Assembly (NCBI GenBank): GCA_038087875.1
Contig: CM075992.1
Span: 10,356,001 to 10,420,000 of the forward strand
Direction: 5' to 3'
Length of the DNA stretch: 64,000 nt
From: Malacoraja senta
Lineage: Eukaryota
Positions within the stretch are counted from its first letter, which is position 1. Each line of letters opens with the position of its first letter. Below, in pieces: positions 18,010 to 31,900 of the stretch. The notes beneath the pieces are model-generated. The model was not told the DNA's origin, did no database searches, and saw nothing but the letters and a program-made list of their open reading frames with translations. Both the position numbers and the translations under genes were made by a program.

Positions 18010-19497
18010 GTATGACCACTAAAGGCCAACAGGAGTGACATCAATGTGCGGAAGTTGCTGATAGAATTGTGTATAACAGTTTTTATATTAACTTGGAAAT
18101 GCGTGGGATGTTTAGAAGGATTCAGCCAGGTTTACTGCAAAGGGTATATTGTCTCAGAATACTGGCTCACGTTTTCTTTTAAGGAGGTTGCACAAAAAAT
18201 ATTATTTTCAAAGCACCAGGCCGAGAACTAGAGGTCACTAATCTCAGGAGAGAGGAGAGACACTAGAAGCATATTTGAATGGTAGGTTTTAAATACAGGA
18301 CAGTATCGCCTCTGTTTCCTGATGCATACGTAATCAGGCAGATCTGGAAGAGATATTCGTCTCGATCTAGTGCCCTGTGTGATTGACTAATCCTGGCGAT
18401 GAATATTATGACAGCATCGTCAAAATGCAACACTTTTTCAGTGATAATGACATACTGAAAAACACGGACAACTGACTGAGGTTGAAGTTAGTACGTGGGG
18501 AGTATTGGAACAAGGAATTACATCACAGATTTTGCAATTAAACTCCGGAGAGAAGAGCATAAAACACGACTCACGGTCATTTAATTCCATTGCGTATACA
18601 TGCTGCATTGACAGTTGTACCTAATTCTCGCTTCTTCCCTTATGAACATTACTTCCTGAAGGCTACTTCAAAAGAGAAGGCAGGAGAAGCGAAGCTCTGT
18701 TTGTACAATTATTATTTATTCATACATCTTTCCACGCTGTTGTTCTTGAGTGTCAGTTGATTCCAGAACCCAGTGAAGGTCAATTCCAGGACGAAGGATT
18801 CATGTCATATTGGCAAGTTGCAACATTTCATCCAAAACGAGCATTTTCCGATCTTCGTTGAATGTCCGTGGCATTCCGTTAGACAGATGCCACCCTTCGA
18901 TTTGCACGTTGCTGTACGACACAAAATACAAACTGAATAATCAGTCGGGATATCATTTCATTAAAAATATATATCAAGGAAAAGCTCGGGTTGCTTGAAA
19001 CAAAATATTTTGGGCATTGAGGATTAACCTGCATCCTGGCGGTGAATAGCTTCGTCCAAACCCTGTTATTCGTTACGATTCGAACATAATGTAAAATCCA
19101 GTAATTGTGGAATATTTGTAATTCTTGAAGGTCCGAATGAACAGGCGGCCGCCCTCAGCAATGTGTTGTTCCAGATTGATATATAGACACTGATATGAAT
19201 TAAGCTACCGAAGGGAGATCATCGTTTGAAGATTTGCGTGTAAGTTCCTCTTAGCAACGGGTAGTCATGTTTCTGGGTGAATGTCAGTCACTGAGACGTC
19301 ATCCATTTATAATGAGTGTAAACCTCTGCTGACATTTTAGATATCCATGAGACAGCTCGATTTCTGCACAGGGCTATAGAGAGTTGCACATAGGCAGTGG
19401 AATATCAGTGGACAGAGTGTAATGTCGGAAGATGTGAGATGTGAGTAGCGTCGCGTATTGTTCCAAAGGACAGCAACAAGATGGTACACAGGCGTCA
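18010..19497 (-). pseudogene. Cluster of candidate degraded exons (19324-19497, 19029-19204, 18726-18911, 18330-18454, about 18010-18227) of an unidentified gene
   Basis: Non-repetitive sequence with AG/GT-bounded blocks of 125-220 bp and short introns; phase-consistent join ...PPGCS/NVQIEGWHL...; in-frame stops present. Confidence 0.35.
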
Positions 19498-19784
19498 CTA
19501 AACAGGCAGAAAGTCATTAAAAATACGAATGCATAATAGTCTTTAGTAATAAGGTCAGAGTTTGAACGTTTGAAATATGGTTACCATGCAACGGAACATT
19601 ATAAGTGCCAGGTCAGATTGATTACTGACAGATTCAGTAAAGGAGGAAATATTATGAGAGCGCAATATTTGCACGGGATGATATATTATCTCCGTAAGTT
19701 CGCTTTGTGCTCTCATGCTATGGTTTGAACGGACAAATGGAAAAAAATCAGTTTAATAAAATACACGGTCCTGTTTAATATATT

Positions 19785-22700
19785 ACGAGACTAAGTGGGA
19801 CCGCTTGGGTCCTAGTCACACGAGTGGGCTGGTTCCCCAACGCAACCCGTTCCCCAATGGAACATCCCACCACTAACCCGTTCGCCCAACGCAACGGGCT
19901 CCCCCACGCAATATTCCACCACTCACCAATAGCCACTAAATGTGCTGGCCTGGCTCATTTCCTCTCTTCTTACAGGGGCGGAGGGGAGGAGGAGGGAAGG
20001 GGGATGTGTTGCAAGGGGTGTGCGGGGTGGGTGGGGAGGGGGTGAGTGTGGGCGGAGGTATGTCGGAGAGGGTCGAGTGTGTTGTTGGGGGAAGTGTGGT
20101 ATGGGGGGAGTGAGGGTGGGGTGGTTTAGGATGTGTGGGGGACGGGGTTTGTGGGTAGGGGGAGGGGTGTGTGGGTGGGGGGAGGTTGGGTAGTGGAGGG
20201 GAGGGGTGTGGGGGCGGGGGGAGGGTTGCGTTGGACGGGGGTTGTAGGGTGCAGCGACCGATGTGGAGCGCGAGAGGGGGGGGCGGAGGGGAAGGGTTAT
20301 CTGATCGGGGGAGGGGTGTGTGAGTGGGGGCTGGGGGGTTGGGGGAGCGGGGGAGTGCGGGGGTGTAGGGGGTATGGGGAGTGTGGGTGGAAGGAAAGTG
20401 TGGGAGGGCGGACGGAGTGTGGGAGGGAGGGGGTTTATGGGAGGGAAGGTGCTTGTAGGATGGAGGGGAGTGTGGGGGGGAGTGGGTGTGTGAGCAGGAG
20501 GGGTTGTGGAGGGCGGTGTGCGTGGGTGTGTGTTGTGTTGTGGGGGCAATTGGGGGTTGTTGTTGTGTGAGGTGTGTTGGGGCGGTGTGTGTGGACGGAA
20601 GTGGTTGTGGGGAGGGTTGGGGGGAAGAGGGCTGTAAGGGAGGGTGTGTGGGCAGGGGAGTGCTGTGTGGGCGGGGATATGTTTTGTGGGGGGCAGGGCT
20701 GTGTGTGTGAGGGGTGGGGGTGGTGTGTGGGAGCAGTGTGAGGGAGAGGTATGGTTGGAGATGTGTTGGGGGAGGGGTGTGAGGGAGTAGAATTCGGGAG
20801 GGGTGTGTGGGAGGGGTTTTGTGGGAGAGGTGTAGAGGGAGTGGTGTGGTGTGAGGTGTGTGGTGGGAGGGGTGTGGAAGGAGTAGCAATGTTACAAAAT
20901 TTTGAGATTTAAAAAATAAAGTCTGCAATTTATCCCATCAGATAAAGCATAAAAAGAAGTTTAATTTGACACTTAATTCACTTTCATATCTTCAGTATTA
21001 AAAAAGTTATGGCCATTATCATACTCAGAAATTAGCATCTTGTTCCCTATTGCTTTTCCATTGACTTAACACAAAAGCTGTGATCGAGGACAGTTAAAAG
21101 CCCATAACTTTCTTAAAAATTATGGTAACTGAAAGAAATTTTCAGGTATTATAGATTGAAGCATTCTGAAACAAATATGAAACAATCTTACTTCGAAGAC
21201 ATGAAAGTAAAGCATATAATTAGTTAGTTACCTAATTGTAGCTAATTACAAAATTCAATTACTAGATCTAAACATCTATCAATTTCTTAAGAATAGATTA
21301 ACATTTTTAAATAGCCTAAGTGTCCAAATAACATTCACACAATAATTCACAATATAACATAATTTTTAAATCTAATTTTCATGAATTTACAGGCCAAATG
21401 GAAGGAATTGAATGTTTAATACCTGTAAATTAATGGGCATTTAATTCATCTTGCGATTGAGAATTTCTGGAACGCGATCTTTTGGAACGTTCATTTGCGG
21501 TGAATTTAACCCCGTATTGGCATGAAAAATACTGCCGTTAATTCGGGGAATAAAATCACCGTGTCGCATGAAAAAATGTGAATTAAAGGCTTCTTAAGAA
21601 GCACTTTTATACATTTAAAGAAAGCACTTTTGTTTACCTGTCCATTGTGTGAAATCCGTCCCCGTTATCGGTGTTGACGCTTCAGGAGCTGCTTTTAAAA
21701 TGACTGTAGCGCTGACATTGACGATTTAATAAAAAAAAAAAATTCCCAAAAAGCCGGTAGGAACGATTTTGTCAGCGAAGTTTTGTACTCCAACAAAATA
21801 TTTCCAGGACAGGGGAGGTTAAACCGCGTTTTAACCCCGCCCTCCCCTTAAAGGCGCCAAAATCGCGCACACGGCCAGTGGCAGAATTACAGCGCGACTG
21901 AAGGTAAGTTTTGTAACATACCTAGAAGGAGTGGTGTGGCGGGAGGGGTGTGGCGGGGGGATACGGGGGACGGTGTATGGTAGCGTGGGTGACTGGTTTT
22001 GGGGAGGGGTGTGGGGAGGTGTGTGGACGTAGTGGTGTGGGGGAAGAATGGGATAAAACGGGGGGATTGCGGGAGGGGGGTTGAGTAGGAGGGGGGGTCA
22101 GCGAGCATTGTGGAGCCGGAGAGGGTGGTGTGTTGGTGGGGACGGGGTGTAAGCGGGGGGTAAGAGGGTGTGGAGGTACAGGGACGGGGAGGGGGAGTGC
22201 AGGCGGAGCGGCGGTGGTGTGGAGGCGGAGGGTGGAGTGTGCGCGGGGGAGTGGATTTGGGGAGAGTGCTCGGAGAAATAACGTGGGTTGCGGGGGGAGT
22301 ATCACGGGGGAGGGGGGCAGCAGCCAGCCAGGAGGGCCAGAGGCGTAAGGGCTGGAGGACTCACAAAGGGCGATGTGGAATCACAATGGGCGATGTGACA
22401 TCACAGCGGGCGATGTGGACTAATAGCGGGCTGTTTGGACTCACAGTCGTCGATGTGGACACACAGCTGGCGAAGTGCACTCACGGCGGGCGCTGGTCGC
22501 TGGATGTTATCCTACGCCGGGACTAGAGTCTCCGTTTGCCATTTGGCGACATCACCGTCACCGACTCCGCGCCCAACCGGGTTGGGCCGCTTCCAGTCCC
22601 ACTAAAAATTGTGTGCTGTTTGATACTTCCGCAGCCATGGAGAGCCTCCCTCAGCTCCAGTAAAGACGCGATTGCGAAGGAAGGGGCGGACCATCCCGCG

Positions 22701-22847
22701 AAGTGACAGGAGAAAAGACCAACCCAAGCGGTGCCGACTGGCACGACAATAGATCGATCTCCGCAACGTCGCGTACCGTTTTTGCGCAAATAGAATGCCC
22801 GCGCAAACCGGAAGGTAACAAGATCAGTGTTTTAGTTATGTATAGAT
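19785..22847 (+). mobile_element. Complete Helentron/DINE-like non-autonomous element with G-rich interior
   Basis: 5' ACGAGACTAAGTGGGACCGCTTGGGTCC hairpin, 3' ...TTTTAGTTATGTATAGAT; no TSD; internal 20-bp tandem repeats at 22368-22500. Confidence 0.6.
20884..21924. mobile_element. Non-autonomous hAT-like DNA transposon (~1.04 kb)
   Basis: TIRs TAGCAATGTTACAAAA / TTTTGTAACATACCTA; flanking duplication GAAGGAG; AT-rich insert in a G-rich host. Confidence 0.8.
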
Positions 22848-23489
22848 AGAAGATATATGCTTATTTGTTCACTTGCATGTTTGGTCATATATTAGTTTTT
22901 TTTGGTCATCGATCCACTATTGTTGCTGTAGAGTATTTTGAATTCCATAAATTCTTTCACTTTCCACAATGTATTCGTCTTTGTTTCAAAAAACAAATGT
23001 CCCAGCGTCGGTTTAAATTTATCTTTGATCACCTTCGACTGCGGGCAGTGTGCATCGGGGAGAGTATGTGAGCCATGTTGCGAAACATTTTTCATATATT
23101 ACATTACTCAATGGGAACATGGTCGTTGCATGTTTGGTGCATTTGTCCATCCGCACTGAATGAATGCAGTGGATCATGTCGCGCTTGGTACTACCGTGAC
23201 CTATTTTGATTGGTTTTCTGATGCTCAGCAGAAAACCGAATATCCCCAGCACCTATTAGAAGCTAGCCGCAAAACATCACCATTCAAACCAAGATCAAAA
23301 GGAGAGAACGGTAGAAATACATTGTCTTCCGAAGGGTCCCCAACAGGACTTTCGATCATTAATTGCCGATATATTTACCATGTGAATACACTCGTGTGTG
23401 TGTGTGTGTGTACGCGTGTGTGTGTGTGTGTGTCTGTGAATCTGTGTTTATCTGTGTTTGTGTGTGTGTTTGTGGTTCCAGCTCTCTCA

Positions 23490-24790
23490 ATGCATCTCAT
23501 TATATGTAGTTCATTAAAGTCTCTCTTCAGAGAAAATTGTCCAAATCTACTGAATCTCTCTCCTGTAAATGAAAATACATACCGCTGGTTGCATTCTGGT
23601 AATCCTACTCTCCATTCTCTACCAAGCCTGCATATGTTTCCTGTAATGGGAAGATTTGGACTGCCCATAATACCTCGAATACGCACTAATCAAAGTCCAA
23701 TGAATCTTCATCATGACGCCCTAAACCTTATACGGATCTTATAAGGGTCTCCTGCCGGCATGGACTTGCCACCAGATCCTGACCCAGATCTGTCAAGGAC
23801 CAGTCTGTGCACCAGTCTGCCAAGGTTAAACAAAGTCACGCACAGGCGTCGTCCATATAACACCCTGCTGGGGAGAACGAAAAAGCCAATTGCAAACCTC
23901 CACTACCTTGGGACTATTATCATATTCAGGAAAGTTGAAAACAGGATCAGGTGAAATACGGAGAAGAGACCACCATTTGGCAGTCGAACGGGTAGTAGGG
24001 TGCACCCAGTAAAGCACATTGGAGCGTAATTAGGGACACAATGTTCACATAGAACAGCGGTGGCCACCCACTGCATCATGACCTATCGCCCGCCGTCTTG
24101 ATTACGTCTTGCCACTGGATCCAGATAAGCCAGAAGGAGAGAGTGAGGCTGACGATTTGCGCAACTTTCCCTCACTTTAATCCAATTCAAGGGCAAGTAA
24201 ACTTGGCGAGGCAACATCACCACAGGAACATGTGCATCTGAGAGGAGGCGCACCGCAGAGGCTCGGAGGAAATGCGCCGCGTGCAAGGCTCGAGTCACTT
24301 CAATTTCTACTGCGGCACCCACCTAACTATATCCCGAGCCTTCCGGGCCCGGATCAGTCTCGCCTGTCACTCCGAACCCACAAACAAAAACACCGAGGTC
24401 ACAGTCTTCTTCGACTACGAAGGACGAACAACAAAAACACACATAAACTCAATGCCCCTGGCATGAAGGCAAGCCAAATATACGACATCTTTTACCCACT
24501 ATCTATCTATGCTGCTACCCTCAGTGATAGTGTACAATCTTACACCACGAGATCCCTCTGCAAATCAATGCTGTTGAAAGTCTTGCCATTATCTGAATAT
24601 TTTCTCCTTACCTTTATCTCGCAAACGTTCCCATTACATCTCGCGTGCATCTCCTATTTGTCCGTCCACATTTACAGCTGGTCAATAACATGCTGCATTT
24701 TCTGGCTGTAGTCCACACTGTCTGCACTCCTCTAGTTTTGGTGTCGTGGGAAACCTTACTCAGCAGCCCATCTAAGTTTACGTCTCGGTA
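23490..24790. mobile_element. Heavily decayed LINE fragments (CR1-like, minus strand, around a plus-strand RT remnant at about 23740-24440)
   Basis: Residual CR1-like motifs (e.g. AATGCCCCTGGCATGAAGGCAAGC); inner piece only weakly RT-like. Confidence 0.4.
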
Positions 24791-25015
24791 AATGTTTTAT
24801 TTATTTATGTATAAGTCATTTGTATCTGACGAAATTGACAGGTTTATTACAAATGCATGTGTATAATAGTTACTTCCCTCAACTAACAGCTTTTCAGGTC
24901 CGCAAAAAGCTCAAACAAGCTGAAAACGCATGGCGACGTGGAGCAAACACATGGGGATCGGTATGACATTTGCATACCCCTCCCTAATCGCGTACATTTC
25001 CTGGTTAAATTCCCT

Positions 25016-25450
25016 ACGATACGATGCGATAAAACGCTATTCATCCTCGGGGGGCTATTGGTCAGCCGACAGACACAACACACAAGGTATATAGAAAAAT
25101 GAAATTAAAACGAAATTAAAAAGTGAAAATAAAAAGAAAAAAACAAGCGACTGATGGCTGGCAGCCGTTTGCACAGCGCATTAACCGGACCAAATGAACA
25201 AACAAACACAAATAAACACAATTTAACTCCTAGGCAGAGGATTCTAAACTAGATTTCCCCCGATCCCCTGCACCGGGTCCCCCTTTGTTCTCCCACCGTC
25301 CCTCACAGCGGTCGCCACAGGCCGGGTCCCCGTTGTTCTTCACGGCGTTCCCCCACGCCGGGTCCTCCATTATTCTTAACGGGGGTCCCCGCACACCGGG
25401 TCCTTGTTGATTCCCCCCCCCACCCCACCGCCCGCTAACCGTCACACTAC
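25016..25450 (-). mobile_element. Non-autonomous retroelement 3' part with (ATCGT)n tail and CCGGGTCCCC repeats
   Basis: ACGATACGATGCGATA tail on the plus strand; about 30-bp repeats at 25260-25420. Confidence 0.5.
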
Positions 25451-25589
25451 GGATGCTAAGTAATCGTTTGTACCTTGCCTCTTACTTTGACCCGAAACAT
25501 GCATTGTATTCTGTTCAGTAGTCCTACTGTCTCCTCAGGTACATTCTTATTTTTGTTAAATATCGGTACACCGTGCCTTGAGAATTTGA

Positions 25590-25960
25590 ACAAAACGCTA
25601 ATTGCTGCAGCAACTCCGTGATTCGGGCAGCATTCTGTTATCGGGAATGGGCGGGCAACGTGAAGGGTCAAGTCTCTTCTTCTGACTGATGGAGCAGCGA
25701 CAGAACCTGGAAAGAAGTATGGGTGGGCCAAAGCACCACAAAAGACGTCGATACAGAAGCGGAATTTTGGCGTGTCATTTCGGTGGGAAAAAGGTCAAAC
25801 GCGAGGGATGGAGAGGAGACAAATGGGTGTCTGTTGAGGAAGAAGACGAGGAGTGAAATATAAAGTCGAAGAGTGGTACGATATTGGTGGATGTATACAG
25901 GAGGAGGAAAGAAGGGGAATCAAATTAAAGAATGTTTGAGGTGAGATCCCGTCCATGTCC
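25590..25960 (-). mobile_element. Old Penelope pLTR remnant with a decayed hammerhead
   Basis: Minus strand TCAGTCAGAAGAAGAGACTTGACCCTTCACGTTGCC...GAATGCTGCCCG aligns by eye to the pLTR at 8528-8622. Confidence 0.55.
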
Positions 25961-26355
25961 GCTTTATTGCCACAATTCCCCGTTAAGCAATTTTCCTGCT
26001 TTCTTTATTTCCCACCAAACCTTGGCCGACGTCAGTTTATGAATGGGCCATAGATATCGGGTATGCAATCAATGGGGTAAAGAAAGCAAGTTGCTTCAGT
26101 GCTCTCAGCTGCATATGACCTTTATGTAAAGCACCATAGTCTCAAATAACACTCACACGTTGGGAATTGGTCTGCAGCATCGTGAGTTGTCATTTCTCTA
26201 TTCAAGCCTCCGGACATTCTGACAAACACAACCAACATCCCTCAAACATTCAGCAATTTAATGCAGATCGAGAAGGGTGCAACTTATGTTCAACCGTCCT
26301 CCAACGCCATCGATGAGCATTCTCGAGATATAAGTAAGCATAGGTATTTACTTAC

Positions 26356-26434
26356 TACCGTGGTCGAGAAAGTACGTTGCGGACGGCTGAAATAGTAGCA
26401 ATATTGCTAAGAGAACGACACGCAGGTTTCTCAT
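26356..26434 (-). CDS. Candidate first coding exon: signal peptide MRNLRVVLLAILLLFQPSATYFLDHG, phase-1 donor
   Basis: AAGATG start context, basic n-region plus hydrophobic core, consensus donor GTAAGT, CpG-rich upstream region. Confidence 0.5.
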
Positions 26435-26499
26435 CTTTGCTTCCCGTTCAGGTACAAGTAATACGACGAGATCCCGTATCTCATCGGATAAATTGCGTT

Positions 26500-26512
26500 C
26501 AATATATACCGC
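26500..26512 (-). promoter_or_regulatory. Possible TATA box (GGTATATATT) about 70 bp upstream of the candidate ATG
   Basis: Motif and position within a CpG-rich non-repetitive stretch. Confidence 0.3.
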
Positions 26513-27267
26513 ACGAGGTTGTGCCTGACGTTGTCGTGCGTGCTTTGATGACTTGCCGTTGCGGTCGATTTGATCCAGGAGGCGCCCGTCGGTCTGACCA
26601 TTCCTTATTTGCACCGGTCGGTCGCCAACATTATTCCTCTAGCAGACAACAATTGGTCAACAATTAATGTGTGCTGAAGGGTTCCATTCCCAGATTAGCC
26701 CGTCACAGCGACGCCAGTCGCTGAAAGAGCCCACGTGTCACATTTCCAGACACGGCTCCTTCCCCACGTCATTCCTGTCCACGTGAGTCTTACAATGTGT
26801 CCAGGCTAATTAATCAGATCGTCAGCAAGTGTATCAGGAACTCTTCTTACCTCATGCTGTGGTATATTAAACACAACCTAATTTCAGATTCATCGCAGTT
26901 GCAATGTGTTTGTGCTGAAAGTCGTACATTTATTATCAGAGCTTACCCTCTTGTTTATTTCGCGCATTTGTCTCCAAACCTCAGGTGTATTAATAGTTTG
27001 TTTCTACAAAAAACGCAGCTAGAGTGCACAAAATGTGGCCATTTAGTTTACCATTTACAAGCCGACATTCACTTCCATCCACATTTATACTATTTACCAG
27101 CACTTTCGATGGATTGGCGTTTCCAGTACTCGTCTCAGGTGTGTTGCTTATGTCTGCCCCCATCAACCCTCGGACATTTCGTTACAGTTGCAAACCTTCT
27201 GCTTTCTCACATCCCTATGAATCTTTAATGCTATAATTTATGTTGAATACTTCTTCTAATTGACCGT

Positions 27268-28476
27268 CTCCGGTATGGGGTTGGTATTGATGGCACTGCC
27301 CTGAGCTGGATCATCTCCTACCTCAAAGGTAGGATTTTCTCGACTAACATAGGCAACTCATTCTCCTCCCCAGCTAATCTGTGCTGTGGGGTTCCACAAG
27401 GTTCCATCCTTGGCCCCATTCTCTTCTCCCTGTATATGCTCCGTATTAGGACAAGTCATTGAAAGGCACGGCATTTCCTTCCATTGCTACGCAGAGGATA
27501 CACAACTCTATCTCCCCCTGAAGCCCCAAAAAAAAATCAAATCTGTTTAACCTTACCCACTGCCTCGAGGATATAAAGTGTTGGATGGCCCAGAACTTCC
27601 TCCAACTAAACGAGAGTAAGTCTGAGGTCATCCTTCTCGGCCCCTCGGACTCAATCAAAATGATAGCGGGCAGCCTTGGAAGCCTTACCCCACTACTCAA
27701 ACCTCACGTCAAAAACCTTGGCGTGATATTTGACTCAGGACTGAAATTTGACAAACAAGTCAATGCCGTGGTAAAAACTAGCTTCTTTCAGCTGCGGACG
27801 ATAGCTAAAATAAAACAAGTCCTCCAGTTTGATGACCTGGAAAAGATCATCCATACATTCATCTCCTCCCGCCTAGATTACTGCACCTCCCTTTACACTG
27901 GCATCAGCCAATCTTCCCTGTCCCGCCTGCAACTGGTCCAAAACGCCGCAGCGAGACTCCTGACGGGCACCCGAAAAAGGGACCACATCACCCCGATCAT
28001 GGCCTCTCTCCACTGGATCCCTGTGCGGTTCCGTATAAACTTCAAGATCTTCCTCCATGTCTACAAAGCCCTCAATGGGCTTGCCCCCACCTACATAAAA
28101 CGTCTTATTACCCACCACTCCACCTCCAGGCCCCTACAGATCGGCCGACTTGGGGTTGCTGAATATCCCACGGTCTAGGCATAAGCTCAGGGGCGACCGC
28201 GCCTTTGCGGTTGCAGCCCCTAGACTGTGGAACAGCATCCCCTTTCCCATCAGAACCGCCCCCTCCATCGACTCTTTTAAGTCAAGACTAAAGACTTAAC
28301 TATACTCCCAAACCTTTCCTGACGTCCTCTGAGTGAGGGCTACATGTATGTATGTATGTATGTAGTTTGTTTTGTTGTGCTATTATTATAATAAATGTAA
28401 AGCACTTTGGCCAACGAGAGTTGTTTTTTAAGTGTGCTATATAAATAAATGTGACTTGACTTGACTTGACTTGACT
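27268..28476 (+). mobile_element. 5'-truncated L2-clade LINE
   Basis: [50 protein letters not shown] motifs; AATAAA plus (TTGAC)n tail; frameshifted. Confidence 0.93.
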
Positions 28477-28949
28477 TCAAAAGTGAAACGTTTCCTAACT
28501 TATCACACTGTCTCTGTTCATCATTTCTACCAAATCCCTCATGGCCTCCACGGCTATGAACAAGAATTCAGCATCCCTAGATTCTAGCGAGTAGAACCGT
28601 ATCGTAGTTGTGTTGGGCCCAAACACTAATAACGTTTGCAACGCAAGTTTTTCATTCTGCGGTTAGCTGGTTCATCCGTTTTTCCTCATACCTATTTCCC
28701 TGCCATTTACAATTTGTCCAACGGCATCGGGGCAATCCTTGCCCTAATAACACAGCGAAATCTCCAAACTTCTATCAGCCTTCTCTGCTACAAAGAAAAC
28801 AAGTTGATGTTTTATTTGTGAAATAACAACAAAGTGTTGTACAGCCCAATGGAAAGCGTTCTAGTACACGGGAGTGTTGCATTCCTAATCTGGAGAATTC
28901 GGTCAGTGATCAACGTCAAATATTCACGATGTAAACTTCGCTTTTCTTT

Positions 28950-31900
28950 TTTTTTTTATTTTTTTTATTTTTTTTTTAATTTTTTTATTTTTTAGAAGTA
29001 CGGTAGATTACAGTAATGTACAACACGTATATATTAATACATTTTTTGTACCGCTTCATTTTTTTAAACTTTAAGAAAGAAAAAGAAAGAAGTAAGAAAA
29101 GTGAAGAAAGTGCGCAAAGGTTGTGAAGTGCAAAAGAGTGTTGGGAAAAGAAAGCCCCTTAGAGAAGAGGTTAGAGAAGGAAGTAAAGTTAGAAAATAGA
29201 CCCTAGAGAAAAAAAGAGAAAGAAAGAAGGAACAATCGCTCTATTATAACTCTTATACCATACTTCATAGAGAAGGAACTACCAACCAAGTCTGTTTTTA
29301 TTTTACCTCCCATTACCAGGTCCAGATACCTTTTATTTATTTATTTGTTTTTCTAAATTACTATTGCACCTCATGCTTGTAATAGGTCCAAAAACGTAGA
29401 CCACGTCTTTTGAAATTGATCTACTTTACCTACTAGGAGGAATCTCATCTCTTCCAGATGTAATGTTTCCAACATATTTGATGTCCACATTTTTATTGTT
29501 GGTGTGGGCGCATTTTTCCAGAATTTAAGTATAAGCTTTTTTCCCATTATTAGCCCATAATTGAGTAAATTCTTCTGATACACGTTTAATTCAGGAATAC
29601 CTTCCGATATTCCAAAAATAATCCATTCTGGTTTTGGTACCAGTTTTATTTTGATTAATTTTGAAAAAATATCAAATATTTCAAACCAGAATTTTTGGAT
29701 TTTTGTACAAAAAACAAAAGAATGTGCTATGGTAGCTTCTTGACATATACATTTATCACAGATTGGTGAGACGTTAGGAAAGATTTTATTTAGTTTGGTT
29801 TTTGAATAATATAATCTATGTAATGTTTTAAATTGGATAAGCGTATGTCGTACGTTGATCGAGCATTTATGCACCTGTAATAAATGATTCTCCCAACTCT
29901 CTTTTGAAATTTTTATACCTAGATCTTGTTCCCAATCTCTTCTAATTCCATCTGTTGTGGGTATTTCTATATTTAAGATGATATTATATAAGTATGATAT
30001 TAAATTAACTGATTCCGCCTTTGTCTTCATTGCTTCATCTAGTAAGTCGGAAGGCATATTATAATAATCTTTTGTGTGTGTTTTCAAATAGTCACAGATT
30101 TGTATATATTTAAAATATTGATTATTTTTCAAATTATATTTCAGTTGTAGTTGTTGGAATGATAGTAATTTTTCTAATTCATACAGATCTTCGAGCGTTT
30201 TAATTCCCATTCTTTCCCATTGTATAAATGCTTTATCTATGATTGAAGGTTTAAACGATGGGTTATTGACTATTGGTATTAAGAGAGATAGGTTTCTTAA
30301 TTTTAGATTCTGTTTTATTTGCTTCCATGTTCTAATAGTGCTATATATAATTGGATTTTTATTATAATTTTTATTATTCAAATTTATTGGAGAGAGAATA
30401 ATCGCTCCTATATTATTCGGGGAGCAATCCCCTTTTTCCATTATAATCCAGTCCACCTGCTGGGCAGAATTGTCCAGCAGGTGAATCATATTTTTAATAT
30501 TTACTGCCCAGTTATAATACATAAAGTTAGGGAGCGCTAGACCCCCCAACTCTTTTCGTTTGTTAAGGTGTGTTCTTTGTATTCTGTGGGATTTGTAATC
30601 CCATATAAAATTTGTAATGTCTGAGTCCAGTTTTTTGAAAAACTTTTTTGGGAGATATATAGGTATTGATTGAAATAGGTAAAGGATTTGTGGTAAGAAA
30701 ATCATTTTTATAGCATTTATCCTACCTATTAAGGACATCGGAAGTGTTTTCCAAAATTTAATCAGATTGTTTAATTTCTTAAGTAGGGGATTATAATTAG
30801 CTTTAAACATATCATGGTAATTTCTAGTAATCTCAATTCCTAAATATTTGAATTTTTCCATAGCTATTTTAAAAGGGAATTTCCTGAGATGTGTTGAGTC
30901 TTTTGGTTTAATCGACATAATTTCACTTTTGTTCCAATTTATTCTATATCCTGAAAAGGATCCAAAGTCCTCAATTAAGTTTAATATATTTGGTATACTA
31001 ATTTGTGGTTTTGTGATGTACAGTAGTACATCATCAGCATATAGGGATAGTTTGTTGTTTGAATATTTTGTATTATAACCGTGAATATTCGAGTGTGTTC
31101 TTATTTTTTCAGCAAGGGGTTCAATTACCAAAGCAAATAACAGCGGTGATAGTGAACATCCTTGTCTGTTGCCCCTAGATAATTCGAATTTTGAAGATAA
31201 TATATTATTAGTTAGTATTCTAGCCGTAGGTTTGTTATATAGTAGTTTTATCCATGCAATAAAGTTTTCTCCCAATTGGAATTTTTGCAATACTTTGATC
31301 ATATAGTCCCATTCTACTTGATCAAACGCTTTTTCTGCGTCCAGTGAGATGATAGCTAACTCTTCGTCATAAGATTTATGTGAATGCATTATGTTAAGCA
31401 AACGTCTCAAATTATTAAATGAGTGTCTCTTAGGTATAAATCCTGTTTGATCCTCATGTATTAGTCTACTAACATACTTGCTTAATCTATTGGCTAATGT
31501 TTTTGCTATTATTTTCTGATCCGTATTTAACAAAGCAATAGCTCTATATGATCCTGGTTCTTCTATATTTTTATCTTTTTTAAGTATTAATATGATCGTT
31601 GATTCCGCTAGTGTTTCAGGTAGGTTTTGCTCTTTATAAGCATATGTATACATTTTTTGTAATCGTGGAGTAACTATATCATAAAAAGATTTATAAAATT
31701 CATTACTGAATCCGTCTGGTCCTGGTGTTTTTCCATTTTTTAGTGTTTTTATTGTGTCTTCTATCTCCTTAGAAGTAATTTGTGCTCCCAGTTCCTCTTG
31801 TTCCCTGCGTTCTAATTGTGGTAGATTACAATTATCTAAAAATTCTGAGATTTTATTATTGTCTATTGACGTTTTAGATGTGTATAGATTCTGGTAAAAT

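Noticed and set aside
19923..22348. Pro/His/Thr-rich and Gly-rich ORFs
   Set aside because: Products of the G-rich low-complexity interior of a non-autonomous element.
25456..25731. Apparent second exon with a good acceptor (TTCTTTCCAG) in phase with the signal-peptide exon
   Set aside because: The sequence is a decayed Penelope pLTR; exonisation cannot be supported without transcripts.
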